From: an uncultured Planctomycetota bacterium
GTDB lineage: Bacteria > Planctomycetota > Planctomycetia > Isosphaerales > Isosphaeraceae
DNA: 64,000 nucleotides
Direction of reading: 5' to 3'
Assembly: GCA_963845755.1 (NCBI GenBank)
Contig: CAWJTV010000011.1
Location: 864,001-928,000, forward strand
A program made the position numbers and the translations under genes. This document shows positions 1 to 11,666 of the stretch, piece after piece. The first letter of the stretch is position 1. Every line of letters begins with the position of its first letter. The notes below the pieces were generated by a model that worked only from the letters and a program-made list of their open reading frames with translations, was not told where the DNA came from and made no database searches.

Positions 1-1492
1 GACACGGCGGGGAACGACCTGCCGTCGCGGTGGATCGCGACGACGCGCCGGTCTTGCTCGAGGAAGTTATGGGCGACCGCGAAGACCGTCATCGATCGGC
101 CGTACGCGGTATAAGGGCGCGCCTTGCCGAAGGTGAACTTGTGACCATTGACGAACTGGCCCTGGCCGCCTCGACCGTTGTTGGACACCTCGGTCTTCCA
201 CGGACCGTTGGCCAGCCGCGCCTCGATCCCGCAACGGGATCGGTCGTCGGGGAAAGCCGCCTCATAATAGTCCAGCTCGGGCACGTTCCGCCCGTCCTTC
301 GTGGGCCGGCCGCCCCAGTAGGAGGTGGAGGGGGTCGGGAGCCAGCGGAACAGGTCGTCCCGGCCCACCCCGGACGTGCGGATCAAGACCACCCGCACCG
401 GCTCGCCCTCGCGCCCATGGGTCTTGCGCTCGATCGTGTCGACTGGCGCCTCGGTCAACGGCGAGCCGTCGGGCTTCCACCACGTGTCCGGGCCGGTGGG
501 GACGGTGGAGACGCCGACGACCTCGAACGTCGCACCCCCAGCCATCGTCACGCGGTACGGGTTGCCGTCCACGGGTTGAAAGGAAGCTGGCCCATCGGGT
601 TCCGGCGGTGCCGATCGCGCCGGATCGCCATCCCCGCGCCGCCCGCGACGGCGCCGATCACCAACAGGGCGAGGGTCCTCTTTAGCAATCGATGGAAGAA
701 CATAGTTCGTAAAGCTCCTTCAGTCAGTGCGGCGACCGTGGCGGGGACGATGGCGGCTACGGTCCCGCTCGCCGCGTAGCGGACCGCTGCCTCAATGGTG
801 GTTTGCTTCCAGGTCTCGGCGACGGCCGTCGAGGCGACATCGGGAGCCAGAGCCAGGACCGCCGGCGCCACACTGCGGCGGGTCAGGCGGTTGCGCAATT
901 GCTGGCGCGCCCGGGCCAATCGGGACTCGATCGTGCGGACCGGGCAACCGAGTTGTCGGGCGGCCTGCTCGCAGGTCAGGCCCTCCAGATGACAGAGCAC
1001 GATCGGCAGCCGGAATCGCTCGGGGAGCCGTCCCAGCTCCTCGTAGAGCTCCGGCCAGGACGTCTCCGAGGCCTCGCGATCGCCGTCATCCGCGCGACGG
1101 ATCATCGTGGCCATCTCCGCACCGCGACGCTCGCGCACCCGCCGCCGGGCGGCATCGCGCCGCGCCCGGCTCGCGACCCGCGCGGCGACCCCGTAGAGCC
1201 AGCTCGCGACCGAGTCCGTTCGCCGGATCGTCCGCGCCTGCCGCGCCAGGACCAGGAACGTGGCCTGGGCGGCGTCCTCGGCGTCGTGACGGTCCCCGAG
1301 GATCCGCCGGCAGACATGAAGGACCATCGGCCCGTGACGGTCAACCAGTACCGCGAACGCCGCCTCGGCGTCCTCCGCCGGCCCGCTCCGGAACCGATCC
1401 AGCAAGGACCCGTCGGTCAGGCCAGTCACCGTCCCGATGTGGAACAAGGTAGTAAGTTGCTTCCAGACGGCCGAAGAGGACGCGCTTGCCAA
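1..1492 (-). CDS. ECF sigma-70 factor with transmembrane helix and long C-terminal extension (runs off window start; frameshift near 620)
   Basis: ORF 548..1576 has sigma region 2 (DAEDAAQATFLVL, VASWLYGVA) and region 4 (LPERFRLPIVLCHLEGLTCEQAARQLGCPVRTIESRLARAR), then a TM segment. Another frame continues (YRVTMAGGATFEVVGVS...) to base 1. Probable TTG start at 1492 after GGAG. Confidence 0.85.
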
Positions 1493-2159
1493 GGTGCCAT
1501 CTCCCGCTCGGGTTGTGCAAGTCCTACGCAGATAGTGTCCGCCGGGGCCATCGATCACCCCAACTTTTTCGATCATCGTAGTCGACTTGACCGGTGTTCA
1601 GCATTCCCAACACCACGGGATGTCCGCAACGGCTCGGTGGACCGGTGGCACTGCGGTGCCAACGGATCATGGCGATCCTATTGAAATAACTTCATTTGCT
1701 GCCCAAACTTCGGGCAATCAACCGGCCGCACTGGCTGGCATAAGGTGGCAACTTTTTGGCCCGGCTTCCGCGCCTGTCGCACCGTTTTCGACCCGCGGCG
1801 GGGTCTCGAGTCGTGGTCGGTAGTCGGAGGTCCGTGGTCCATGAAGACGTGGGTGACAATCCGTGGGGACTGGGAGAGCGCTTCAAGCGGTCCGGGACCG
1901 CTCGCGCGCACCATCGCCGTCTCTACTATTTAGGATGCCTCAACTTTCGAAATCCGTAAATGCACCTACGGTGGTTTTGGCCCATTTTGTCGGCATAACG
2001 CTAAATGTGACAGAGATATAAAAAAATCTCAAATTTTTTTTCGGCTGTTGATTGTCAGCGTGATTCAAGACGCTCGATTCTCGGAAGGCCGCGGCGTTGC
2101 TCCAGTCGCAAATAGTGACTGAACAATACTTTACCGCCAAAGTGGTCCCAGACTTTGCA

Positions 2160-2197
2160 CCGGAAAGTGTTACCCGGGCCGGAAAGTGTTACCCGGG
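2160..2197. repeat. Perfect 19-bp tandem repeat CCGGAAAGTGTTACCCGGG x2
   Basis: Copies at 2160-2178 and 2179-2197, with a degenerate copy (AAAGTGGTCCC) at ~2139-2149. Confidence 0.7.
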
Positions 2198-2309
2198 GTT
2201 GAACCTGGCCGTTTTCTTCATTCCCCGCTTCGTTCCGTCCCCTTTCTCCGCACCCCCGAGAGGCCGGGGCGTTCGTAGTGCGATCTACGCGTACAAATCC
2301 ACGCTGGAT

Positions 2310-4709
2310 CTACTTCCGTGGCTGCATCCCGCTCGCTTCCTTCTCTACTTGGTCGTCGAGCCTGAAGAGGTCGCGGAGGATCGACCGCTCCTCTTGCACA
2401 AGGTCGAGCAGCACGCGCTCGTCCTTTGTCTGCAGATATCGCACGCCGACGCCAAACAGACGGGTCGCCAGGGTCAGGTGCGTGTACCGAACCGAGACCG
2501 CCCGCCATACATCCGCCCAGGCGTCGAGGGCGTCCGCGCCGGCCTCGGAGTAAGCCTTCATGCGTGAGACTGCGAACCAGCGAGTCACCGAGCACGGCGA
2601 GCGGCCTCGGCCGGCACGGAAGTTCCGGCGGCATCCTTCGACGACATGGGTGGCACCACAGGCTCTTCGTCCTTCTTCCGCTCCAATTCCTCCTGCGCTT
2701 CCCGAGCGATATCTGCCAGCCGATCGACTCGAGTGCGCCCACGTTTTGCGGTCGGTTGATGTACCGAAGATGGTCGCGATCAAGTTGGGCAACTGCTGGG
2801 ATCTTCCCAGGTCGAATCGCCAGGGGGGTAGCCGGAATCGCTCACGGAGCACGCGTTCGGCTTCTGCCCAATTGCCTTGGATAACATGGGCTTTGGCTAG
2901 ACCCTCGAACGCTCCGGCCTGAGCCCCATCCAACTGGATTGCCCGGGAGAAGTCGTTCACCGACTCGCCAATCTGCCCGAGGACCAGTTTGGTCCAGCCG
3001 CGACTCTCCCAGTAGTATGGGTCGTTGGCGTTGAGTTCAATCGCTCGGTCGAAGAAAGGAAGGGCTTCCTCGAATCGGCTGAGGTAGTTCAGGGCCATGT
3101 CCCTTGCTGCTCCAGACGATAGCCCTCTCGGCGTCGAGTTCGAGCGCCTGGTCGTAGACGGTCAGGGCTTCCATGATCCGGCCGAGGCGGTTCAGCGCGG
3201 CCCCTTCGAAGATCAGGGCGTTGACGCACTTGGAGGTCGAGTTCGATTGCTTGAGTGCAGGCGGACGAGGACCTCCTCGTATTGGCCGGCGAGAAGAACA
3301 ACGTGCCCGCAACACGAACACATCGTTCCGCTGTATCAGCCGTTGCAGCAAGCTTCGACGAGCACACGACCCACTTGTTCCGGGGCACCGGTACGCAATA
3401 GCTGCCATTAGGTCATGATACAGAGCCACTTCGACGGGACTGGAGTACCTCCGGACGGCATATCTTGAAGTGCTGCCTCGAAGTACCGCCGCTCGAGGTT
3501 CGCGTCTTCCGGAAGGCCTCGGAGCCGGGCTTCCACTCCGGCCTTGTCGTACCAGATCCGCAGGAACTCGACAATCAGACGGATCGGCTCTCGGCGGGGA
3601 TCCTTCACTTCCACGCACAGCCGCATCAGTGGTTCTGCCAGTTCGTACCGCGACTCGCGGCCGACTGTCTGCGCCGTCACGTACCCCTTGTCCTTGAGCG
3701 ACTTCAATTGCGCCGCGACCGCCTGCTCGGTCAGGAACAGTTCCCCCGCGACCTCCTTCACCGGTACCGTTTGGGTCTGCCGACAGAGGAACTCGACGAT
3801 CTCCCGCTGCTGATCCGGCAGCCAGCGCAGTCGATCCTGGTAATACGGGGTCAACTCGTCCAGCAACTGCTCGAACGCGGTCACCAGGTCGTCGAGGTTC
3901 TGCCGGGTGGCGAATTCCGACAAGACGATGAACACGCGGTGGCTGCCGCCGGCGATGTGGCGGATCGCCCGCACTCGCCCCCGGCCGGTCGGCGTTTGGA
4001 GGAACGTAGCGAGGTCGGTATTCCCCGTGAGTGCGGCGATTTTTTGGAGCAGCAACAAGGCCTGGTCGGCGGAAAGCGGGAGGAGATGCTCGATCTGAAA
4101 GAAGTTGAAGAATGGCCGGTCGCGGTCGGACACGTCTTCGGTGAGCTGTTGCGCCGTGGCCAGAGTGGCCGCGACCGGGTTTTCCTGGAGAAAGGCGCGC
4201 CACCGCTTCTGCCCCTCGTCCTTCAGGCCTCTCATCACGTCGTCGAGGTTCTCGACCACCACCAGCAGCGTTCGCCCGCCAAGCTTCTCCAGGAGGTATC
4301 TGGTCAACACGGTGGAGCGGCGATCGTCGGCCTCGTTCGCGAGCAGGACGCGTGCGGGTGGTGGGAACTCGTCGCCGTATTCGGCTCTCAGAGCGCGAAG
4401 GATCCGCAGGAGAAACTTCCAGAACGACGGCGTGGTCTCATCCTCCGGCAGCCAGGCGATGCGGACCCGCTCGCTGACATCCGGGTCCTTTCGCAGTCGC
4501 CCGACGAGCAGGGCGACGAGATGGCTCTTGCCGCACCCGCGCGGCCCGACCGCGAGCAGGTGATGCTTTACCCCAGTCAGTACGCTGTCCCCGAGGCGTT
4601 TTAGCCACACCTCGGCCAGCCGCTCTCGTTGGACGAAGATGGCTTCCAGCACCTCCGGGTCGGTGCGGTTCGGGCTGAACCGTGAGACAAAGGTACGGCT
4701 AGGCATCAT
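2310..4709 (-). CDS. STAND-like P-loop ATPase + winged helix + TPR repeat protein (frameshifted over ORFs 3408..4736, ~3100..3400, 2310..3098)
   Basis: Walker A GPRGCGKS, Walker B VVVENLDD, wHTH (VKEVAGELFLTEQAVAAQLKSLKDKGYV), TPRs (EALTVYDQALELD; EEALPFFDRAIELNANDPYYWESRG). ATG at 4709 overlaps the upstream stop (ATGA). Confidence 0.8.
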
Positions 4710-5893
4710 TCCAGCCCCCGTTCGATAAGCCACCACCTGCGGAGCAGGGCCGACCGGAAGGTATAGCGCCCATCCGTGCCTTTGCTCAGGTAGTGGTCCA
4801 TTGCGAGGTGGCGGAGCAATTCGCGCATCTGTTCATCTTCACTCGTGCCGGCGCCCTTGCCCACGTTGAGAAGATCCGCCTGGGTCAAAGGGACCTGGTT
4901 TCTCGCGGCGTAGTCGAGAATGGCGAGGGCACTCTTCTCGACGCCCGGGTAGTATGAGTGGATCCGTTTGAGAAAATGCCGCAGATCGCAAGGGTCATGG
5001 ACGGCAGTGAGGAGCCATTTCACGGCGTCATCGATCTCCGTTCGAGTCGCTGATCGGCCTCCTGTGCTGAGCCGTGACACGAGCCAATGGATATAGAAGG
5101 GAAATCCGCCGGTGACTTCGGCGATCCGGCGGGCTGCGTCCGGTTCCCCCGGCAGCTTTTCGCCGGCGATCATCTGAGTGGCGAGTTCCGTCGCGACCTC
5201 AGGCTCGAGAGTCGGAACCTCAATGAGCATCATGTCATTGACTGGTTGGTTTCTGTAGCCACTCCGCCGCAACTCGGCAAGGATGTGATGCATACCGACG
5301 GACCCACACAGCACCATTCGGAAACCCTGCCCAGTGGTCGGCGATTGACGCAAGCTTCGCAGCACATCCAGCACTTCCATCGTCGTTTGCGCACCATCTC
5401 GCTGCGGATCGGCGATTGCGGACAGCATCCACGGCATTTCGTCGAAGAGGAACACGACCCGTTTTCCGGCGACATGCTGTTGTTCGACGAGGTCTTCCAC
5501 GGCGCCGTTCAGGAGCGTCTTCCAATAGCCGTCTGGTTAACTCTTCTTCTCGGGAAACATCATCGGGCCTACTTGCGTGCCGCCGAGCGATTCCAGGAAA
5601 CTCCCGATGCGCCGCCCCTGCTTTTTCCAGCCGGTGAGACGGCCCTGGATCTTTTCGCAGACCCTTTCGGCGAACTCGGCGGCCGAGTGAACCTGTTCGA
5701 GATCCAGTGAAATCGGCTCCCAGCCTGGAGGTGGCTCGGCTTCCATCTTGTGGAGGATGCTTGTCTTCCCGATTCGTCGCTCAGCCTCCATGCGCACGCT
5801 GTTCACTTCCAGCACGCGCCACAGGTCAGCTATGAACTGGTCCCGCCCGAAGATGTCTTCAATGGGCAATTGAGCACCGGGTGCTGCTTTCAT
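4706..5893 (-). CDS. STAND/archaeal-ATPase-like P-loop NTPase (frameshift near 5540)
   Basis: IFGRDQFI...AERRIGKTS Walker A in 5537..5893. VVFLFDEMP Walker B, GGFPFYI (GxP) and C-terminal FRSALLRRWW in 4706..5500. Confidence 0.8.
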
Positions 5894-6294
5894 GGCGATC
5901 TCCCAATAGCTGAGGTGGCTGGCTGGTCAAAGCCTATCCAAGGACTGAGGTTCTGCGACTTCGCCGCAGGAGGTCGCGGGTGAGTTCATTGCTGCGGACC
6001 ACCCGAGTCGTAGCAATCTCCCAATCACTCAGCAAGGAATATACGATAGAAAAATCGTACGATATTTATTTTGTATTTCAGGGCATCTTTGTCAAGGCAA
6101 ACTTACTGTTACTCTTCTTGGAGGGGGACCGGAGGTGTTTTGGTCGTCATAGTGCTTGAATCGCCCAGGTTCTCAGAATTCGTCCAAGTTTCCTCGCCAG
6201 TTGACGTTCCAACTGACATCCAGCCTGAGGCTGGTCTCGCAGGCGAGACAAACTGTCAAGGTCGAACGCCTCCTGGATGCGGTCCCGCAGGGCA

Positions 6295-6803
6295 TCAGCC
6301 GGGCCTCGACCATTGTCGCCGATCGGCTGTGCGGTGCGGTGTCCGACCCGATCATCCGCAACGCCCAGGAGAAGCGACAACTCGCGATGATCGCCGACCA
6401 CTTGCAGCAGCGCGGTTACCGCCAGGAAGCCCACCCCGCCGGCAAACCGCTCAATCCGATGGAGCCGGGTACATTCACCTTCCGCATGAACGTGGTCGTC
6501 GGCACGCGGCACAAAGTCAACATCCCGATCGACGTGGTCATCCAGCGGAAAAAGCCGAAGCCCAGCGGTCTGCCTATCCTGATCGAGGCGAAGTCGGCGG
6601 GCGATTTCACGAACACGAACAAACGGCGGAAGGAAGAAGCCGTCAAGATCGCCCAACTGCAACAGGCTTACGGCAAGGACGTTGAATTCATCCTTTTCCT
6701 GTGCGGCGACTTCGACAGTGGATATCTTGGTTACGAAGCCGCGGAAGGCATAGACTGGATATGGGAACATCGCATAACCGACCTGGACCAACTCGGGATC
6801 TAA
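6295..6803 (+). pseudogene. XamI-family type II restriction endonuclease, N-terminally truncated
   Basis: VADRLCGAVSDPIIRNAQEKRQL, IPIDVVI...IEAKSAGDFTNTNKRRKEEA and GYLGYEAAEGIDWIWEHR match the RE_XamI family as I recall it. Recognisable similarity starts only at ~6295. Confidence 0.75.
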
Positions 6804-6805
6804 GC

Positions 6806-8353
6806 GTGATTGAAACCGAGGCACAGCGGCAGCTCACGCAGAGACGGCTCGATGAGGCCAAGACTGCCACCGAGCGTAACCGCCTCGGGCAGTTCGCCAC
6901 GCCGCCCGGACTCGCCCTCGACATCGCCCGCTACGCGCTGGACCTGTGGCAGGGCAGGACGTCCGCCGCGGCGTTCCTCGATCCCGCGATCGGTACCGGC
7001 TCGTTCTACTCGGCCCTTCGCCAGGTGTTCCCGACGGGAGCGATTGCCGACGCTTGCGGCGTCGAGATCGATCCGGCCTTCGCCGACGCCGCCCAACGTC
7101 TGTGGGCAGGAGCGGGCCTGCGGGTCATCCCCGGCGACTTCACGGCGCTCGCTCCCGATCGGGTCTATAACCTGGTCCTCACCAACCCGCCGTATATTCG
7201 GCACCACCACCTGGAGCGAGCGGACAAGGAGCGACTCAAGGCACTGGTTGCCGACCGCTTCCGCCTCGACATCAGCGGCTTGGCCGGGTTCTACGCCCAT
7301 TTCCTCTTGCTCTGCGATGCCTGGATGGCACCCGGTGGCATCGCCGTCTGGCTGATTCCGTCGGAGTTCATGGACGTCAATTACGGGGCGGCCATGAAGA
7401 CCTATCTGACCGACCATGTCAAACTCTTGCACATTCACCGATATTGCCCTTCCGATGTGCAGTTCTGTGACGCCCTGGTCACGTCGTCGATCGTGGTATT
7501 CGAGAAATCTGCCCCGTCGCCGCACCATCAGGTCCGCCTGTCGTTCGGCGGGCCGATCACCGGCCCGACAGCGTCGGAAACCGTCGACCTGGCGGCACTC
7601 CGGCAGTCCAGGAAGTGGACCGGACTCGCCAAGAACCCGATACCGACCGCAGAGTCGTCGCACACGCTGGGCGATTTCTTCTCGATCAAGCGAGGCATGG
7701 CAACCGGCGCCAACGCGTTTTTCATCCTCGAGCGGCAGGAGGCGATCCGAAAAGGCATTCCCACCGAATTCCTGCGCCCGATCTTGCCCAGCTCCAGACA
7801 CCTGCCCGACGGGTTGATCGAAGCTGAGCCGGACGGCTACCCGCGGTTGGAAAAGCCGCTGGTCATCATCGACTGCGATTTGCCGGAGCCGGTCATTCAA
7901 GCGAAGCACCCGGAGTTCTGGAAATACCTGGAACAAGGCAAGGCGCAGGGCATCCCTTCCGGTTATCTGGCCAGCCGCCGGACTCCCTGGTACTCGCAGG
8001 AGAAACGCGACCCGGCTCCCTTCCTGTGCACCTATATGGGCCGAGAGAAGAGCAACGGCAATCCGTTCCGCTTCTTCTGGAACCAATCGCGGGCGACGGC
8101 GGCGAACGTCTACCTGCTTCTTTATCCCAAGGGCGAGATGAAAGCTGCTCTGGCCGCACGGCCCGACCTCTACACGATCGTGTTTTCTCACCTTCAGTCG
8201 CTCACCGGCGAGCATCTCATCAAGGAAGGGCGCGTCTACGGTGGCGGCCTTCACAAGATGGAACCGAAGGAACTCGCCAATTTGCCTGCCGATGTTCTCG
8301 CCCGGATCATCCAGGGACGGCCGTCGCCGAAGCAAATGTATCTCGCAATCTGA
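6806..8353 (+). CDS. N6-adenine DNA methyltransferase (gamma class, XamI/Eco57I-like RM partner)
   Basis: GQFATP, FLDPAIGTGSF (motif I), NPPY (motif IV), KRGMATGAN, GRVYGGGLHKMEPKEL. GTG start lies 2 nt after the endonuclease stop. Confidence 0.9.
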   Translation: MIETEAQRQLTQRRLDEAKTATERNRLGQFATPPGLALDIARYALDLWQGRTSAAAFLDPAIGTGSFYSALRQVFPTGAIADACGVEIDPAFADAAQRLWAGAGLRVIPGDFTALAPDRVYNLVLTNPPYIRHHHLERADKERLKALVADRFRLDISGLAGFYAHFLLLCDAWMAPGGIAVWLIPSEFMDVNYGAAMKTYLTDHVKLLHIHRYCPSDVQFCDALVTSSIVVFEKSAPSPHHQVRLSFGGPITGPTASETVDLAALRQSRKWTGLAKNPIPTAESSHTLGDFFSIKRGMATGANAFFILERQEAIRKGIPTEFLRPILPSSRHLPDGLIEAEPDGYPRLEKPLVIIDCDLPEPVIQAKHPEFWKYLEQGKAQGIPSGYLASRRTPWYSQEKRDPAPFLCTYMGREKSNGNPFRFFWNQSRATAANVYLLLYPKGEMKAALAARPDLYTIVFSHLQSLTGEHLIKEGRVYGGGLHKMEPKELANLPADVLARIIQGRPSPKQMYLAI

Positions 8354-8662
8354 TCATGAACGGTCATATTCCGAGACCTGCCATGGATTCCGGCTGACGA
8401 TGGATGACAAACGTGCCTGGAAACAGATCCGCGCGACTCACTGGTCCTCTTCACAAAGGTTTCAGAGCGAAGCGTCGCAGGGTCTCGATGTGAACTTTCG
8501 GATGTCGGGCAGGATTTGTCAGATGCTACCCCCACGACGCCGTCCCGGGACCATGAGAGGCTCTCATGTTCGACGACTGGCTTGACATACTGCTGAGGGG
8601 GTCTTTCGACCTCAACCTGCCGGCAATAACGCTCTCATTCGGCGATGGAACAGGGTTAGACG

Positions 8663-10151
8663 CAATACCGTTGAAATAGGCGCAAGCCACAGCCTCCTGT
8701 TACTTTGGGTTTACTCACGACCCAAGCAACACGGAGGCCATGACTCGCATGCCGCACGGACATTGCACGCTGCCGCCCGATGCGTCGGGCCGGATCTTGG
8801 ATCGCTTGGCGGGACTGGAACAGATTATCTCGCCCGAGGCCGTTCGCCAAGTCCTCGCGGCCACCGGTAAAACCAATCAACGACGTTGCACACTGACCCA
8901 CGAGATTGTTTGCTGGGTGGTCCTGGCCATGGGGCTGTTGACCGACTTGCCGATCCGCCAAGTCTTCAAGCATGCACGCCGGCTCCGAGTCGGCGAGGAG
9001 AGTCCCCATCGATCCAGCCTGTGTGTGGCCCGGCAACGCCTGGGCATCGCGCCGGTCCGCCACCTGTTCGAGCACGTCGTTCATCCTCTGGCCCGGCCCG
9101 ATACGCCCGGAGCCTTCTACCGCGGGTTCCGCCTGGTCGGCATCGATGGGACCGTCTACGATGTCCCCGACTCGGAGGCCAACGCCGCGGCCTTCGGCGC
9201 CCCTCGGCCGGGCCGCGCGGCGACGGCGCGTTCCCCCAAGTCCGCAAGCTGAGCCTGGTCGAATTGGGGACCCACATCGAACTGGCCTTCGTGGTCCGGT
9301 CGATCGCCCACGGCGAACCGTCGATGGTCGGCGGCTTGCTCCGCCATCTGACTCCGGAGATGCTCCTGTTGGAGGATCGCGGGTTTTTCAGCTATGACCA
9401 CTGGAAAACGGCGATGTTGCGGGGCGTCCAGCTGTTGGCACGCGTGAAAAGCGGCTTGATCCTCAAGTCGATCCAAAACCTGGCGGATGGCTCGTACCTG
9501 GCCAAGATTTATCGGGGTTGCTACGACCGTCAGATCGATCGGGATGGGATCGTCGTCCGGGTGATCCGCTATACACTGGACGACCCGCAACGAGTCGGAC
9601 ACGGTGAAACTCATGTGCTGATCACGAATCTCCTTGACGCGGAGCTTTATCCTGCTGAAGAATTGATTATTCTTTATCACGAGAGATGGGAACAGGAGTT
9701 GGTCTATGATGAGCAAAAGACCCATCATGATCCGCGGCGGGCGACCAAGCCGGCACAGATGCGAAGCGAGACCCCGGCGGGGGTGATCCAGGAGATCTAT
9801 GCGCTGTCGCTGGGTCATTTCGTGATCCGAGCCTTGATGGTTGCGGCCGCCGGGACCGTGGGGCTGGACCCGGATCGGCTGTCGTTTCTGGGGTGCTTCC
9901 AGATCCTCAAGTGCCGGTTGCCAGAATGCAACAGCTCGACCCCCGAGGCGTTCGAGGAGTGGTACCAGGGATTGTTGTGGGAGATGCAGGGGGAGCGCAC
10001 CGATGACGAAATGCGGAGGAACCGGATCAATCCGCGAGTGATCAAGCGTAAAATGTCCAAGTGGAAAAAGAAACGATCCAAACATCGACACATTCCGCCC
10101 TTGAAGAAAACCTTTGCAGAGACAGTGGTTATGCTTCCTTAAACGGTATTG
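8663..10151 (+). mobile_element. IS4-family insertion sequence with 10-bp target-site duplication
   Basis: Terminal IR CAATACCGTT (from 8663) / AACGGTATTG (to 10151). Flanking direct repeat GGGTTAGACG at 8653-8662 and 10152-10161. Confidence 0.92.
8740..10142 (+). CDS. IS4 transposase (frameshift near 9200)
   Basis: Nterm_IS4 (SSLCVARQRLG), LVGIDGT, EDRGFFSY, YHERWEQE (YREK motif), RSETPAGVIQEIY. Confidence 0.9.
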
Positions 10152-10445
10152 GGGTTAGACGGGAGCGGACATCTGACCTGGGATCCCGAGCTTCTTTGCG
10201 GCAGCAGAAACAAGCGGCAGAGTTTTTTCCAATGCCTCTAGCAATTCGTTTTCGAGTTCGGTCATGCACTCATCCCTGCAAAATGTTTGGGGCGACCCTA
10301 GCACAGGAGTAACGGGAAATAAAGGGCATTGGACTAAACCGCTGCGCGGTAGAGCCTTGAATCGTCGGCCTCTGGACAACGCCAGCCGACTTGGTTATGT
10401 TGTGTCTTCCTCAGACTATTGTCAGACTTCATGGGGAGCACCATC

Positions 10446-11666
10446 ATGCGGCTTCTGATCCACGCGGTATGGGTGCTGGCGGTTCTGGTTTCGCCCTCTC
10501 TCTCCGCGGCGGCGGATGAGAAGCCGACGGAGACGTTGGCATCGCTCAAGAAGGAACAAGAGACGGCGCTCAAAGAACTGGAAAGTCGGCGGAAGCCGGG
10601 AACGACCGAGGCCGAGCAGAAGAAGGCTCTCTATCGCTACTACGAGACGGTCGCTGACCTCGGTCGCCGCGCCATGGCCGTCGTCAAGAGACGTCCTGAT
10701 GCGCCCGACGCCGTCGAGGCCCTGAACTGGGCCCGTTCTGCGGGGACGGAGGGCAATGCAGAGCTCGCTGGCGTTGTTTATGACTTGGTGGCCGAGCATT
10801 ATCTCGACTCCGACGCGATCCTGCCGCTCTGCCGTCTCGCCTGGGTCGACGCCGTCAAGAGCCCCCAGGTCGAAACTTGTCTCCGCGCCGCGGTCGAGCG
10901 AAGCAAGAACCCCAGGGTGCGTGCTCTTTGCTGCTTCAGTCTGGGCCGGTGCTATCAGGAGCTCGCCTCGGCGGCGCGAGATCTCAACGACCCCGTCCGT
11001 CGCGAGATCCGCGAAGGAATTCTCGACCGCTTCGGGCCGGTCGTGATCCGGCGACTCCGCTCCCTCGATCCCGAGAAGCTCACGCGCGAGGCCGAGGCGT
11101 GTTTCGATCGCACGATCAAGGAGTTCGGCGATCATCGACCCTTGGGCACGTTCTTCCCGCCGCTGGGAGACCAGGCCGAGGGGATGCTTTTCCTGCTGCA
11201 TCACCTCGGCATCGGTCGCACCGCGCCTGAGATCGAGGCGGAGGACATCGACGGCAAGCCGATGAAACTCTCCGACTACCGGGGCAAGGTCGTCGTGGTC
11301 TCGTTCTGGGCGACCTGGTGCATTCCGTGCATGGAACAAGTGCCTCACGAGAAAGCCCTGGTCGAAAGGATGAAGGGCCGGCCGTTTGTCCTGATCGGCG
11401 TCAACGGCGACAACGACCGCGAGAAAGCGAAAGCGGTCTCCGCCAGGGAGGGCGTCAACTGGCGTTCCTTCTGGCCCGGTGGCGCGAAGCGAGGCATCCC
11501 CCTGGAGTGGGGCGTTAGCGTCTGGCCAACCTTCTATGTGATCGACGCCAACGGCGTGATTCGCGACGACGGCCTGGTCTACTTCGAGGATATCTATGTG
11601 CGTAAGACACCCGACAAGATGATCGAGAGCTTGGTTGCGGAAGTGGAAAAGGCAACGAAGCGGTAA
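10446..11666 (+). CDS. Exported TlpA/redoxin-family thiol-disulfide oxidoreductase
   Basis: Signal peptide; APEIEAEDIDGKPMKLSDYRGKVVVVSFWATWCIPC; WPTFYVIDANG. Confidence 0.88.
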   Translation: MRLLIHAVWVLAVLVSPSLSAAADEKPTETLASLKKEQETALKELESRRKPGTTEAEQKKALYRYYETVADLGRRAMAVVKRRPDAPDAVEALNWARSAGTEGNAELAGVVYDLVAEHYLDSDAILPLCRLAWVDAVKSPQVETCLRAAVERSKNPRVRALCCFSLGRCYQELASAARDLNDPVRREIREGILDRFGPVVIRRLRSLDPEKLTREAEACFDRTIKEFGDHRPLGTFFPPLGDQAEGMLFLLHHLGIGRTAPEIEAEDIDGKPMKLSDYRGKVVVVSFWATWCIPCMEQVPHEKALVERMKGRPFVLIGVNGDNDREKAKAVSAREGVNWRSFWPGGAKRGIPLEWGVSVWPTFYVIDANGVIRDDGLVYFEDIYVRKTPDKMIESLVAEVEKATKR

